Shown: positions 1 to 10,545, counted from the whole stretch's first letter. The stretch is 63,626 bases of DNA, filler included, from Dugesia japonica (GCA_001938525.1; 6 parts of 6 records of this genome joined end to end with filler, not necessarily neighbours in it), one strand, 5' to 3'. Numbers and translations: made by a program. Notes: generated by a model from the sequence alone, not told the origin.

Positions 1-54
1 CGGCCAGAAAATAAAAATAAAACAAAGACACCGATGTCAGGTGCTCCCCTAAAA

Positions 55-200
55 ATAACTGCCAATCATGGCACCAAAATCCATAGAAAAATTATGAAAA
101 TCAGTGCTAGCACCAATAGAATCAGAGAAGAGCTGTTCTAAAAATACTTGGCAAATCTAAGCCTAGTAGGGGTGTCCAGAAAATCATATATAAGGAACCC
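55..200 (+). promoter_or_regulatory. CCAAT array plus TATA promoter of copy A
   Basis: CCAAT at 62 and 113, variant GCAAAT at 151, TATATAAG at 187; same spacing as copies C and E. Confidence 0.7.
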
Positions 201-814
201 CGGTTTTAGACAAAAAATCTTAACAATTATAACAACTCTAACAGTCCAATCTACGTGTGATTCACGAAAATCTATAAGCACTTCAGTAGTTCTGTTAACA
301 GAGAAGAAAATATTAAGTTATCAATTATCGCGCAGCTGCTGTCCAAATAGTTGAATAAATCGAAACAAGTGGGATAATAATTAAACGAAGCAAATAAATT
401 GATCAACTTTTCAGAGTATAAAAAATTTACAAGGGTTCGAGTTAAGAAACTATCTACTCCCAACTAAAACGATTGCTCTCGTAGTACCCGTTGCTGGAAC
501 AGTGCACAGATCGAGTAAATTTATTCAATATTCTGTGGATACCTATAACAGTAATTTTTCATTTTATGTTTATATTATGATTCCCATAATTGTCNNNNNN
601 NNNNNNNNNNNNNNNNNTATTAATCGTATTTTACAAGAATTTTTTTTTGTGTCTCTAAATACTTACCATAAAATTAATTTCAATAAACTGAGTGTATGTT
701 ATTTACAATTGTCAGTACACTACTTATAAAACTTTAAACCATCTGAAAATAAAACATATATATTGCCAACCCCAGTATTAAATCAGTAATAACGTAACTA
801 ACTAGTTGATATTT

Positions 815-1165
815 CATAAAACTCTTATTAAATGAATTCCATAATTTGAATTTATAGTATATATTATAAGAAAGTCTAAAGCAACTAAATCGCTGATAAT
901 TAATAAAACTCTTATTAACTAATTTCTATAACTGGAATTTATACTATATATGATAAGAAAGTCTAACGTAAATGACTGGTTAGTAATTAATAAAACTCTT
1001 ATTAAATAATTTCGATAAGTTAAATTTATATTACATATTACAGGAAAGTCTAGCGTAAGTAAATAGCTGATAATTAGTAAAACCCTTACTAAATAAGGTC
1101 GATAATTTGAATTTACAGTATTATTACAAAAAAAAATATCTAACCGACTAAATGAAGAAGTTAAC
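815..1165. repeat. 87-bp tandem repeat, about 4 diverged units
   Basis: AAAAC(T/C)CTTA(T/C)TAA recurs at about 818, 905, 992 and 1079. Confidence 0.85.
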
Positions 1166-2402
1166 AAACATTAATTCTAGTACAAAATTTATTTTTTAGA
1201 AAAACATCTAGTAAACCACTGATAACTCCATGAGTAATGAATAATAATTTCCCGAAGCAGTGGTTTACCACAATGAGGTTAGTATAATAGTCATCTAGTG
1301 ACACCGACAAATAAATTAACCAGTAATCACTATTAGCATACCTGAATATCACTTCATAAGGAAACAAATCAACAATTCCCGCTAAAATGTACAAACGAAA
1401 CAAAATTCCAAGAGAAAAATGGTAGAATTATTTATTTCATTAGATCCTGAATAACATACTACTAAAAGATAATAATAAATGACATATACAAATTTCAATA
1501 TACCCGAATGTAGATTTCTAAGGAAAGCCTCAATAAACCACATTAAGTATGCAAGAACTAAAATCTATCAAACAAATCATCGGAATCATTTATTATAAAA
1601 CATTTACGAATAATATATTTGAAACAGAAATATATTTTAATGATTGACCTATGCAAATCACGTTATGACTACATGTAAATTCCCGTTGTGGTGAGAAAAC
1701 TGTCTCGACACNNAAACTCGGAATTTCTCTCAAATAAATAATTTTTGTTGACATGGCTACGGCCTTGAGGGTAACCAAGGGCAACACAGGTTTGGCGAAA
1801 ATTTCAATTAATAAAAACGAGATACATTGGGACCAACAATAAGTATACAAACTAATCAGTAGGGTTGAATTTATTTAAAATTAATAACATCTTTTGCAAG
1901 ATCATTAGGTGCAATCCACAATGCGGCTGGAGTCTACCGGCTATTAAAAGCTTAAAATTCATNNNNNNNNNNNNNNNNNNNNNNNNNNNNNNNNNNNNNN
2001 NNNNNNNNNNNNNNNNNNNNNNNNNNNNNNNNNNNNNNNNNNNNNNNNNNNNNNNNNNNNNNNNNNNNNNNNNNNNNNNNNNNNNNNNNNNNNNNNNNNN
2101 NNNNNNNNNNNNNNNNNNNNNNNNNNNNNNNNNNNNNNNNNNNNNNNNNNNNNNTGGTATTAATAATAATAATGATATTAAAGGATACTAATAGTGATAA
2201 TGATGATGATAGTGATAATAAACGATTCTAATAATAATAATAATGATAATAAATAACGCCGATAATAACCATGGTAATAATCAATAGTGATAATACTAAT
2301 ATTAATAATAATAATCAAGTAGAATGATTCCCCTGGCCCACTCCTCTTCTAAATAATTAGATATTTTACTTGCGAATTTGCAGTAACAATTTTATTTCAG
2401 CA

Positions 2403-2585
2403 ATGACGGCCCGGCTAAGAAATATGCTGAGATGGATCAGGAAACAACGCCAGGTGGCCAGGAATAAACAATTAATCGCACATCTCCTAACATCCGGGGC
2501 CGTGGAACACCACGACGAGACGGACCTACAATGTTTCGTCGAGATGTTTCCCCTAGTACGTAAAATAGACTTAGATGGAGAATAA
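2403..2585 (+). CDS. Cassette ORF1, 60-aa protein of unknown function
   Basis: ATG 2 nt after acceptor TTTCAG|; homologs in copies B, C and D share EHxDET(D/G)LxC. Confidence 0.75.
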   Translation: MTARLRNMLRWIRKQRQVARNKQLIAHLLTSGAVEHHDETDLQCFVEMFPLVRKIDLDGE

Positions 2586-2781
2586 CCCCTTTTCTAGACC
2601 GAATCTCCAGCCACATGAGGGTCACCTACAGCTCCAATCAGTTACCCTACCATCTGGCAATTGTGTTTTAATGTTTTCTTGAAATAAAGCAATATAGGTG
2701 TTATTTACATGTTTCTTATTGCCACTTACTTCTGTTGTTAAAAGATCTATGTTAAGCAGTTATATTTCATTTTTTTAGATA

Positions 2782-3200
2782 ATGAACTACAAATGGGAGG
2801 TTCTGTGGGATCGAGTTAACCAACGCACCGTTTTCAAGCGTTACGTTAACCCTTATGACCGCAATGCAGACCTCATGGATGACTATTCAAATCTACCCCC
2901 GAGGACGTAGAACGCGAAAAAGAATGGGCAGCCGCGGAACGCCGAGCTTACCGCGAGTGGGATGGTCCCGACAGAAGTCGCGAAGTGTTGCACCGCGTCA
3001 CGTCGGTCGACCCAATAACGAATCAGGTTACTGTCCATTGGCAAGAGGGACCCTCCTTGATCCCATGTCCACCTGGACACATGTCACGGGGTACCGCTTT
3101 CCTAATCGACACAGAAAATCATGTGTAGTAACTCAAGAAACAAACAAGTGGTGGTTCGACTAAACATGCTGAACCGCTGACATGATCATCCCTCCACATT
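2782..3200 (+). pseudogene. Cassette ORF2 (NPxxRxA / WxGP family), frameshifted
   Basis: MNYKWEVLWDRVNQRTVFKRYVNPYDRNAD...; frameshift in the C-run near 2900, then EREKEWAAAERRAYREWDGPDRSRE; aligns with copy D 24989-25370; 3' end approximate. Confidence 0.75.
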
Positions 3201-3385
3201 CATGAACTTAGATACCAGTGCGTTCTCTTGATATAATTGAGTTTATCGTATTTAATAAAAAAGAAAAAACTTGTCTTCTATGAGTTGTTCTGATTGCTTC
3301 CGGAATTTGTTAATAGTATATCTCCAACGAACTACCTTTTAAGTAAAAGAAAATTTATCATATCTTCGTTGTAGATTTTGTTCTC

Positions 3386-3802
3386 ATGGATCATATCTGG
3401 ACTGTGACCACTGATGTACGAACCAGATTATCCACTTTCCGGAAATACCGGAATCCCCACAATCGAAATGCAGGGGTGTTGGTAGACAACTCCAATATAT
3501 CCCCCGAGCTAGCCGCTGAATATCGCAGTTGGGACGCAGATAAACGGGAAGCATACTATCAGTGGCGGGGTCCCATGCCAGACCGACCATATTATCCTCC
3601 ATCTCCTCACATTGACGCTGCTTCCCCACTATTGCCACAAATCGAACGAGTGTGGACAGAGAGTCCCACAGTGTTTGGATTTGCCACTACTCAGTTACCC
3701 TCCTACGAGCACCTGTCGTCATTTGTGCAGAATAACTTATGGAGCGTGCGTAACTCCCTTGGTAACGCAAATAACGAGAACGTTTCCAGAGGAAACTTGT
3801 GA
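3386..3802 (+). CDS. Cassette ORF3, intact 138-aa paralog of ORF2
   Basis: Open frame after acceptor TTGTAG| at 3374; shares FRKYRNPHNRNAG, DxSN, WxGP and LWxVR with the other copies. Confidence 0.8.
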   Translation: MDHIWTVTTDVRTRLSTFRKYRNPHNRNAGVLVDNSNISPELAAEYRSWDADKREAYYQWRGPMPDRPYYPPSPHIDAASPLLPQIERVWTESPTVFGFATTQLPSYEHLSSFVQNNLWSVRNSLGNANNENVSRGNL

Positions 3803-3957
3803 TCTCTACCCTGTTATACTTGTAGTTAATGTAAAGTTTCGTGTCTATTAATTGTCTTATTCCCTTATTGTAAATTAAATAGTATGAACAAGACCTTGGC
3901 TGTCCTATTACATAATTATCATGTTCACAAGCCTTAATCATATACTATCTCTTTTAG

Positions 3958-4325
3958 TGCACTCTTCGTTAAATCGTCCGCCGGCCCCGACCAAGAAAGT
4001 GCGGGAAGATAGTGAGGACATAGAGATGTCCTGGAGTTTATATCGCCTGGCCAAACGGCTTTGGGAGGCCGATGTGGCGACCGCAAATGCCAAAGTGAAG
4101 CGATATAAAAACAAATGTGCCAGTGTTTGAGAGGAATTGAGACTTGCACAGGAACAGGAACGAGCATGGAAAGCTCAAGTCGAATCTTTTGCAGAGATGA
4201 TCCGGTCCAGCCATGACCGAGAAAATAAACTGGTTAAGTATATTCTGTTGCTTAAGGAGAAATCTTATCTTGAACCCCTTATGATCGATAAGAGTACACA
4301 AACAAAAAACGTGTCTCGCCCATGA
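3958..4325 (+). pseudogene. Cassette ORF4, coiled-coil protein with NLS-like KKVR and DKSTQT motif; one in-frame stop
   Basis: Starts AG|TG CAC; in-frame TGA at 4128 lies where copy D has Arg; homologs at 10344, 24781 and 5815. Confidence 0.75.
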
Positions 4326-4445
4326 TCCTGTGTTTATGTAAAAATAAATATCACTTTTGGTTATTCGGTCACTTTTGAATTTAAACTTTTGATGATTGTA
4401 GAATTGTTATATCTCTGCATCTTCTTAATGATTTTTCTATTTTAG

Positions 4446-4828
4446 TGCCTAGAATCCAATTTCCTAATAGTTTAAGGCGCTGTCACCGTCTCTTACGCCT
4501 CCTCCTCGTCGAACGACATCTGAAAAGAAAAGCAGATAAGGCTTTGTTGAAACATCTCGATCAACGAGATCGATTAATAAAAAAATTAGATCTAGTGATT
4601 AAAAAGCAATCAGACTTTGCGGCACAGACTAAGGCCTTGGAGGCGGAAAACAAACTTTTACTACAACGAAAGGTTAACTTCTTGAAGCAATATATCGCTG
4701 ATCTGTCGCGCGAACTGGGAAATCCAAATATATCTCAGTGAGATGAGAACGATGATGTAGCGATGTTTAATTTTGTCGTCACTACCCCTGACCAATGGCT
4801 GGATCCAGAAGCCTTGGATTTATTGTAA
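4446..4828 (+). pseudogene. Cassette ORF5, basic coiled-coil protein with acidic/aromatic tail; one in-frame stop
   Basis: Starts AG|TG CCT; TGA at 4739 lies where copy D has Trp; aligns along its length with 23935-24296. Confidence 0.75.
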
Positions 4829-5778
4829 CTATGTTGTTATCAAATAAACATTTCGATGAGAATTATAAAGATTTTTAATTATCACCAAATAACAGTAGGG
4901 AAAATATATAGAACCCGAACCAAAGGTTTATTGGTGAGCNNNNNNNNNNNNNNNNNNNNNNNNNNNNNNNNNNNNNNNNNNNNNNNNNNNNNNNNNNNNN
5001 NNNAAATTCTTGAAAGGGTTCCCCTGAGGACTGTTTTTCCCCAGTCATTTTTGTCCAAACTCAGGTGAACCCCAACATAATAATAAACGATAATTTAAGC
5101 CTTTTTAAGGGGTTGAGGAATCATGCGAATAAAATAGTGCGAATACAATATTATTAATGATACGTTGACGATCCTAAGAGCGATAGTAACGAATGAATAA
5201 GTGTGATCGCTATAATACCGATATAGATGGTAACTGTATTATTATTTAATTTAATGATAAGGAATACATTTTTTAAGGAACAAATATCCATAAAAAACAT
5301 TAAAAAATCAGATGAAATTATTAATAACATAATTACAATGATAACAAATAAAAAAAGATAACCTACTCTTAACTCATAACTGTGTTGGTTCGAAATATAA
5401 ACAGGAATTCTTCTGTAGACAGGAAAGGCTTCAGCTTTCTTCATGGTGATACGTAGAATGACATGAATTTGTAAATATTTTTGAATAGTACGGCTTGATT
5501 TTCTTCTCGTATAATAGAACGAATATTGAGATTGAGATTAAAAGGAATGTATTAAAATTTTTCTATCTTCGTTGTCTTCTTGATTGGTTATTTTCGAAGA
5601 TGATGAATAAAACGACGAATAATTAGTTACTAATTTTACTCGCTTTAAATACTGGTTGAGACAAGTGGCAAGCAGCACAAATTGGGCAATTTTAGGATTT
5701 TGAATTTAATTGTGCTAGTATGAGAATTATCAACTAAACTGGCTTTGATGATGTCTTATTGTCGCAATTTGGGTGAAA

Positions 5779-7089
5779 CTTGGTTGGAGCTGGGGTCGAT
5801 TTAACGAGGAATGCACTAAAAGAAAATATAATAAAAATCATTGCTTTTTATCGACTTGGCAGCCGATTTACCGATATCTACCCAACCCTATTTAAAGTAT
5901 AAAAAACAGAATACAATATTAAAGATAATCCTCTCAATGAATTAATGAGAATATTAAGACTACTTAAACACTTATTTATTAAGGGAAAACATTTAAAATC
6001 ATAAAATTATCAGGATTCCGGAGTAGTATTGTTAAGCGGGGCAGTGTTTTTCGCATCTTCCACCCCGGAAGGCTCCCTAACCTCCCAGAGCATATTAGCT
6101 ATGAAGGCCTGGACTACTGGTGGGAGAGCTGGAGGTTGGCAATGGAATGGAGTAGCGTGGTTACGCTCAGGGCCATTCCACTGACGATAGTTCAGCCGCT
6201 CTCCGAAGCTCTGAATACGAGCTACTGCCGCTTCAACAGGGGAAAGATTGGATCTATCTACTAAGATCTCGGCGTCCCGCTGGTAGGGATTATGATGCCG
6301 TCGAAAAATCATTCGACGCGTTTTCCTATCAATAACTCTCCCATATGGATTCCATCCTAAGATTAAAAGGAAAATATAGTAAAACTCGAATAACCCTTCA
6401 TAAGAAAACAATAAACACTTAAATGAATAGTCAATATGCAACGCTAAATTTTATTCGAAAATCCACTTTATCAACCAAATAAATGTCATTCTTCATCTAG
6501 ATCTACCTTCCCTTCAAAAAGAAACATCTTGGAGAGACAACAGAGGTCAGTCTCGTCCGGATGTTCAACTCTTCCTTTTGTCAGTACGTGAGCCGTCAGT
6601 TGCTTGGACCGACTAATTTGTCGTTGCTTTTTAATCCAACGCAGTGCGTGATACAAATGAAATCATTAATCATAGTCCTTAACCCTTGTTTTATTTCCCA
6701 GAACAAATCGCTGTCGTCTATTAATAAAATGCGGATTATATCCTGAAAAAGCTAATCAATAAGGGGTTTAAATATGTGCATAACAATTTCGTTAGAAGAA
6801 TTAAACGGTTCTAAAATGATTAATCGTAGATATACTATGTGGCCTAATAATAACGAACAATAGGGCTAAAGTTAACGTAATAATGATAACACTAATCATC
6901 ATGGTGCGCGATGACCCAATAATACCATGGGTGTCAGGAATAATAGTGTTAATACCCATGATGGTCATAATCAATCGACTACCACCACAGATAATATTAA
7001 ACCTTCCTGATGCTCTCACTATGTAGAATAAATGGCTCCTCTGAATTTTAGGACTAAAAACAATATGATGTTTGGCATCGTAATTATAC
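5779..7089 (-). mobile_element. Cassette element copy B, internal fragment
   Basis: ORF1 homolog about 6486-6668, ORF2/3 homolog 6010-6355 with frameshifted start, first codons of ORF4 at 5815-5779. Confidence 0.8.
6010..6355 (-). pseudogene. ORF2/3-family homolog in copy B
   Basis: TTAG|G ATG GAA TCC ATA TGG, then frameshift into VIDRKTRRMIFRRHHNPYQRDAEILVDRSNL...WNGPER...LWEVR. Confidence 0.75.
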
Positions 7090-7484
7090 TTTTGGGGCGA
7101 AACACCCAGAGGAACGATAATCCAAGTTAAAAAGGGTCACAAATGACCAGTACCAAATTAAAGAACCAGTGAGGAAGCCATAATGAAAAAACCAGTCAAT
7201 ATTAAATAAGAAATCTAAAAGATCAAGTTCAATGTGATTAATTATGGAAATCACAAAATTAATAAAATTATGAAAGAAAATAAAAATCAAATGAAGAAAT
7301 AAATGCAAGAAAATAATAATTAATTTTAACGGAAAAATTAATTAAATTTGAAGTAAAACCGGTTTTTGGTAAATAATTATGGTCAGGAAAGTCGGAGAGA
7401 GTCCGGTGAAGAAAATTCAAGAAGAGAACAGCAAGTAAGAAAAACTTACCATCTTCCAGAGGGTTGTTATGGGGTCCACAAGAT

Positions 7485-7692
7485 CGGACCAATAGGAGGC
7501 CTAAAAATAAAAATAATACAAAGAAAAAACCATCAAATGGTTCTCTAAAAATAGTTGCCAATTAGAGTTCTAAAACTCTGTAAAAATTTTGGAATCATGG
7601 CACGAAATCCAATAAGATTGAATTAATCCAAATTAAAAATAATTGGCCAATGCCAGACAAGTTGGGGTGCCTCGGAAATCGTATAAAAGGAC
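7485..7692 (+). promoter_or_regulatory. CCAAT x4 plus TATA promoter of copy C
   Basis: CCAAT at 7489, 7558, 7609, 7647; TATAAAA at 7682. Confidence 0.75.
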
Positions 7693-9408
7693 CCCTTGGT
7701 TTTAGCAGAAAAAAACAAAACAAAATTTTTTGCATATTCACATACGCAAAGAACTCCGAAAAACATCCATTACAACTTATCCAAATCCGAGAATCAACAA
7801 GGAAATTAGCTATATTTCGAGATTAATACGCATCGATTGTATCATTCGATATCAGAAACTAAGAGTAAATTAAAATTTCTGTGGGTAATATTTCTTATTT
7901 CAAGAAGAAGGAAAAGAATCTAATACCAGAACCATAATCCGAATTCGCCAACTCGATTATCCACTAGCTACCCGAAACCCGTTGCAGAAAATTCTTGTTC
8001 GATAACTCAAAGTAATGTACTATTTCATTTATAGCAATGTTTTATTATATGAAAAAACCGAATATTACTCAAGATAATAAATATATTTGTGCTCAACTTC
8101 TTAAATTGTTAGCTTATAAATTCATAACAATTAATATTTACTAAATGAAATTTTGAGCCGGAATACTGTCAGTATTTAATCTTTGTTCCGGTGTAGTCAA
8201 TTTATAAAAAGATAGTAAAAATAAGAGTAACTTCGGCTTAAAATCTTTTATAATAAGTAAAAATAAACAAAATAAACCAACTAAATTTTATTTGTTATAA
8301 AAACCTAACCCGTAAAATTTAGGAGTCAAAGTGGAAACAGCTTATTCAGGGACCAGTTTTAAATTATAAATGAACCAGCAATTCAGCAGATCATATCGCT
8401 GCAATATTCGATTTAAATTCCACGGCGTCACAATAATGGAGTTGCTGAATCCAATAAATCCTTTCGTTCAGTTAATTGATGATTAAACGACAATCCATGG
8501 ACAAGGCAGGAGATTTGTGATTCCATTAAAAAATTCCGCTTGCGAGTGAATTGAGTTGAGAAACTCATAATTACCGACAGAATGGATAAATTTCATAAAT
8601 TGCAGAGTTGTAGATAGTAAATAATTACTACCTGAATTCACTTCACGAACCCGTGTGTGTCTGTCATCACATTAGTATAGAAATTGAAAAATATTTTGCT
8701 ATGATAAGGAAGTATGTTATACACCCTATCACATTGATTGATAATTAGGAAACAGCAACTCGTTACACACCTAGCCTGATAAATCCGTTTGAAATATTTT
8801 AACTGTTGTTAAGGGGGTAAAATCACTACGCAACGAGTCGCGCAACAATTCAAAATAAAAACCAATTTCAAACTTCTACGATTATTAACATTCTCATTAA
8901 ATTTTGTGAATATGGCTGCCCTGAATATCTTTATTATTATCACTATTAATTTTATTTTTATTGNNNNNNNNNNNNNNNNNNNNNNNNNNNNNNNNNNNNN
9001 NNNNNNNNNNNNNNNNNNNNNNNNNNNNNNNNNNNNNNNNNNNNNNNNNNNNNNNNNNNNNNNNNNNNNNNNNNNNNNNNNNNNNNNNNNNNNNNNNNNN
9101 NNGATTCTCTTAAGCATTATTACCATTATTATTAACATCACTATTATTCTCATCTTTATTATTATTTTCGTGAATGGTATTATAGCTCGTAGGATTATGA
9201 TTGCCATTATTATTAATTCACAATGGGTATTATCACCTCTAGAGCTACCACCACCCCGTCCAAACTATTCTTAGCATCAGTATTGTCATCCATGCTGTGA
9301 CTTGTATTATTGTCATTATTAATACCACTAATGTTACCTGAAGGTAACGTCGATTTGATTTTTTTGAAAATAAAACATGAATGATGTTCTCATTCCTGTA
9401 GTTAGCTC

Positions 9409-9590
9409 ATGCCTGCCGAATTACATAGGACTCTGCGGAAGATCTTGAAACAGACAAAACATTCGTAATAAACGGTTAATAGCCCACTTGATAACCCATG
9501 GAAGGATAGAGCATCCGGATGAAACAGACTTGTGCTGTTTTTGCCGAGATGTTTTCCATGGACAGGAAGGTAGGTATAGACGAGGAATGA
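9409..9590 (+). pseudogene. ORF1 homolog in copy C, two frameshifts
   Basis: MPAELHRTLRKILKQ / RQNIRNKRLIAHLITHGRIEHPDETDLCCF / AEMFSMDRKVGIDEE. Confidence 0.75.
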
Positions 9591-9728
9591 TTCATTTCTC
9601 CGGTGTCAGAGATTGTCGCGTATTTACGTGTGATCAGCAATAAAATGACTTACTCCCCACTTTTAACTCACTTATTTTATCTTAATATTATAAAATTGAA
9701 ATTTTATTAGCCTTACCTTAATCTAAGG

Positions 9729-10085
9729 ATGGATTCAATATGGATACGCGTCGTCGATAGGAGGACCCGGCGACTAATACTCCGTCGTTATTACAATCCA
9801 CATAACCGGGATGCGGGTATTTTGACAGATCGGTCAAACTTACCACCGGTCGAATCAATCATTGGCCGCATTAACGATTTCAGAGAGCAGCAACGATATC
9901 AAACGTGGACAGGCCCGGACCGCACCGTCGCGACCTCGTTTTCATATCAGTCTACAACCCCTCCCCCAGCTCCGGCGATATAAGCGTTCATCGCTAATCT
10001 CCTTTGGGGAGTCAGGGATCCGAATGGGGTAACGGATATTGAAAATACCGCCCCCAACACTGATAACGTTATTAATCAATCTTGA
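9729..10085 (+). pseudogene. ORF2/3-family homolog in copy C, premature stop at 9981
   Basis: Frame continues past TAA as AFIANLLWGVRDPNG..., matching copy B. Confidence 0.75.
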
Positions 10086-10445
10086 CATTTTGTTGTTTTG
10101 TTGAGTAATAAACAAGTGTTATTATCCTCGGATACTTTCTAACTTTTCGTGTGGTTAAGCGTATTGAGAAGAGGATTTAATATTGATTTTTTTTATTTTT
10201 CTCGTATAATCATAAAGTAATATTTATACCTAGAGGGTTCTTTTCAATGTTCATTTAATAATAGAAGTAATCATACTAATTTTGTGTCTCGTCTTAGACA
10301 ATATCAGACAAAGTGTAATACCTTAACTGTACTTTTATTTCAGTGCATTCGTCCTTAAATAGATCCCATGGGCCAAATAAGAAATTACGAGAGGATAGTG
10401 AGGATATGGAACTCACTTGGGATCTTTATAAACTGGCTAAAAGGC

Positions 10446-10545
10446 NNNNNNNNNNNNNNNNNNNNNNNNNNNNNNNNNNNNNNNNNNNNTTAATTAATTA
10501 ANNNNNNNNNNNNNNNNNNNNNNNNNNNNNNNNNNNNNNNNNNNN
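10446..10545. other. Artificial scaffold linker (also about 21971-22070, 31026-31145, 39919-40018, 51898-51997)
   Basis: N-run + TTAATTAATTAA (stops in all six frames) + N-run, five times. Confidence 0.95.

Larger units (their letters stand above)
1..5077 (+). mobile_element. Unclassified TG..CA gene-cassette element, copy A (5' end outside window)
   Basis: Ends in ...AACTCAGGTGAACCCCAACA at 5077, matching the terminus of copy D; promoter and ORF order are colinear with copies B-E. Confidence 0.85.
7090..10445 (+). mobile_element. Cassette element copy C (5' end present, cut by scaffold end)
   Basis: Starts TTTTGGGGCGAAACACCC (cf. TGTTGGGGTGAAACACCC in D); promoter 7489-7688; ORF1 9409-9590; ORF2/3 9729-10085; ORF4 from 10344. 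Confidence 0.85.

Noticed and set aside
815-1165. CRISPR-like array interpretation of the 87-bp and 55-bp repeats
   Set aside because: Whole units are repeated with no unique spacers, the context is eukaryotic and no cas genes are present
4128-4741. TGA recoding (alternative genetic code) in cassette ORF4 and ORF5
   Set aside because: The stops align to different residues (Arg, Trp) in copy D, other copies have frameshifts, and RPL19 ends in TGA; ordinary decay explains them
5078-5110. Primer-binding site or polypurine tract next to cassette termini
   Set aside because: No TGG-starting tRNA complement after 5077 or beyond 23683 and no purine tract before 7090 or beyond 28141, so no retroelement interior is attached to these copies
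5078-5778. Possible shared repeat with 20480-21240, both adjoining truncated cassette copies
   Set aside because: Only short AT-rich matches by eye; no termini or ORF could be defined
10446-10545. TTAATTAATTAA motif recurring about every 10 kb
   Set aside because: Always embedded in N-runs; an artificial all-frame-stop linker, so adjacency across these points is meaningless
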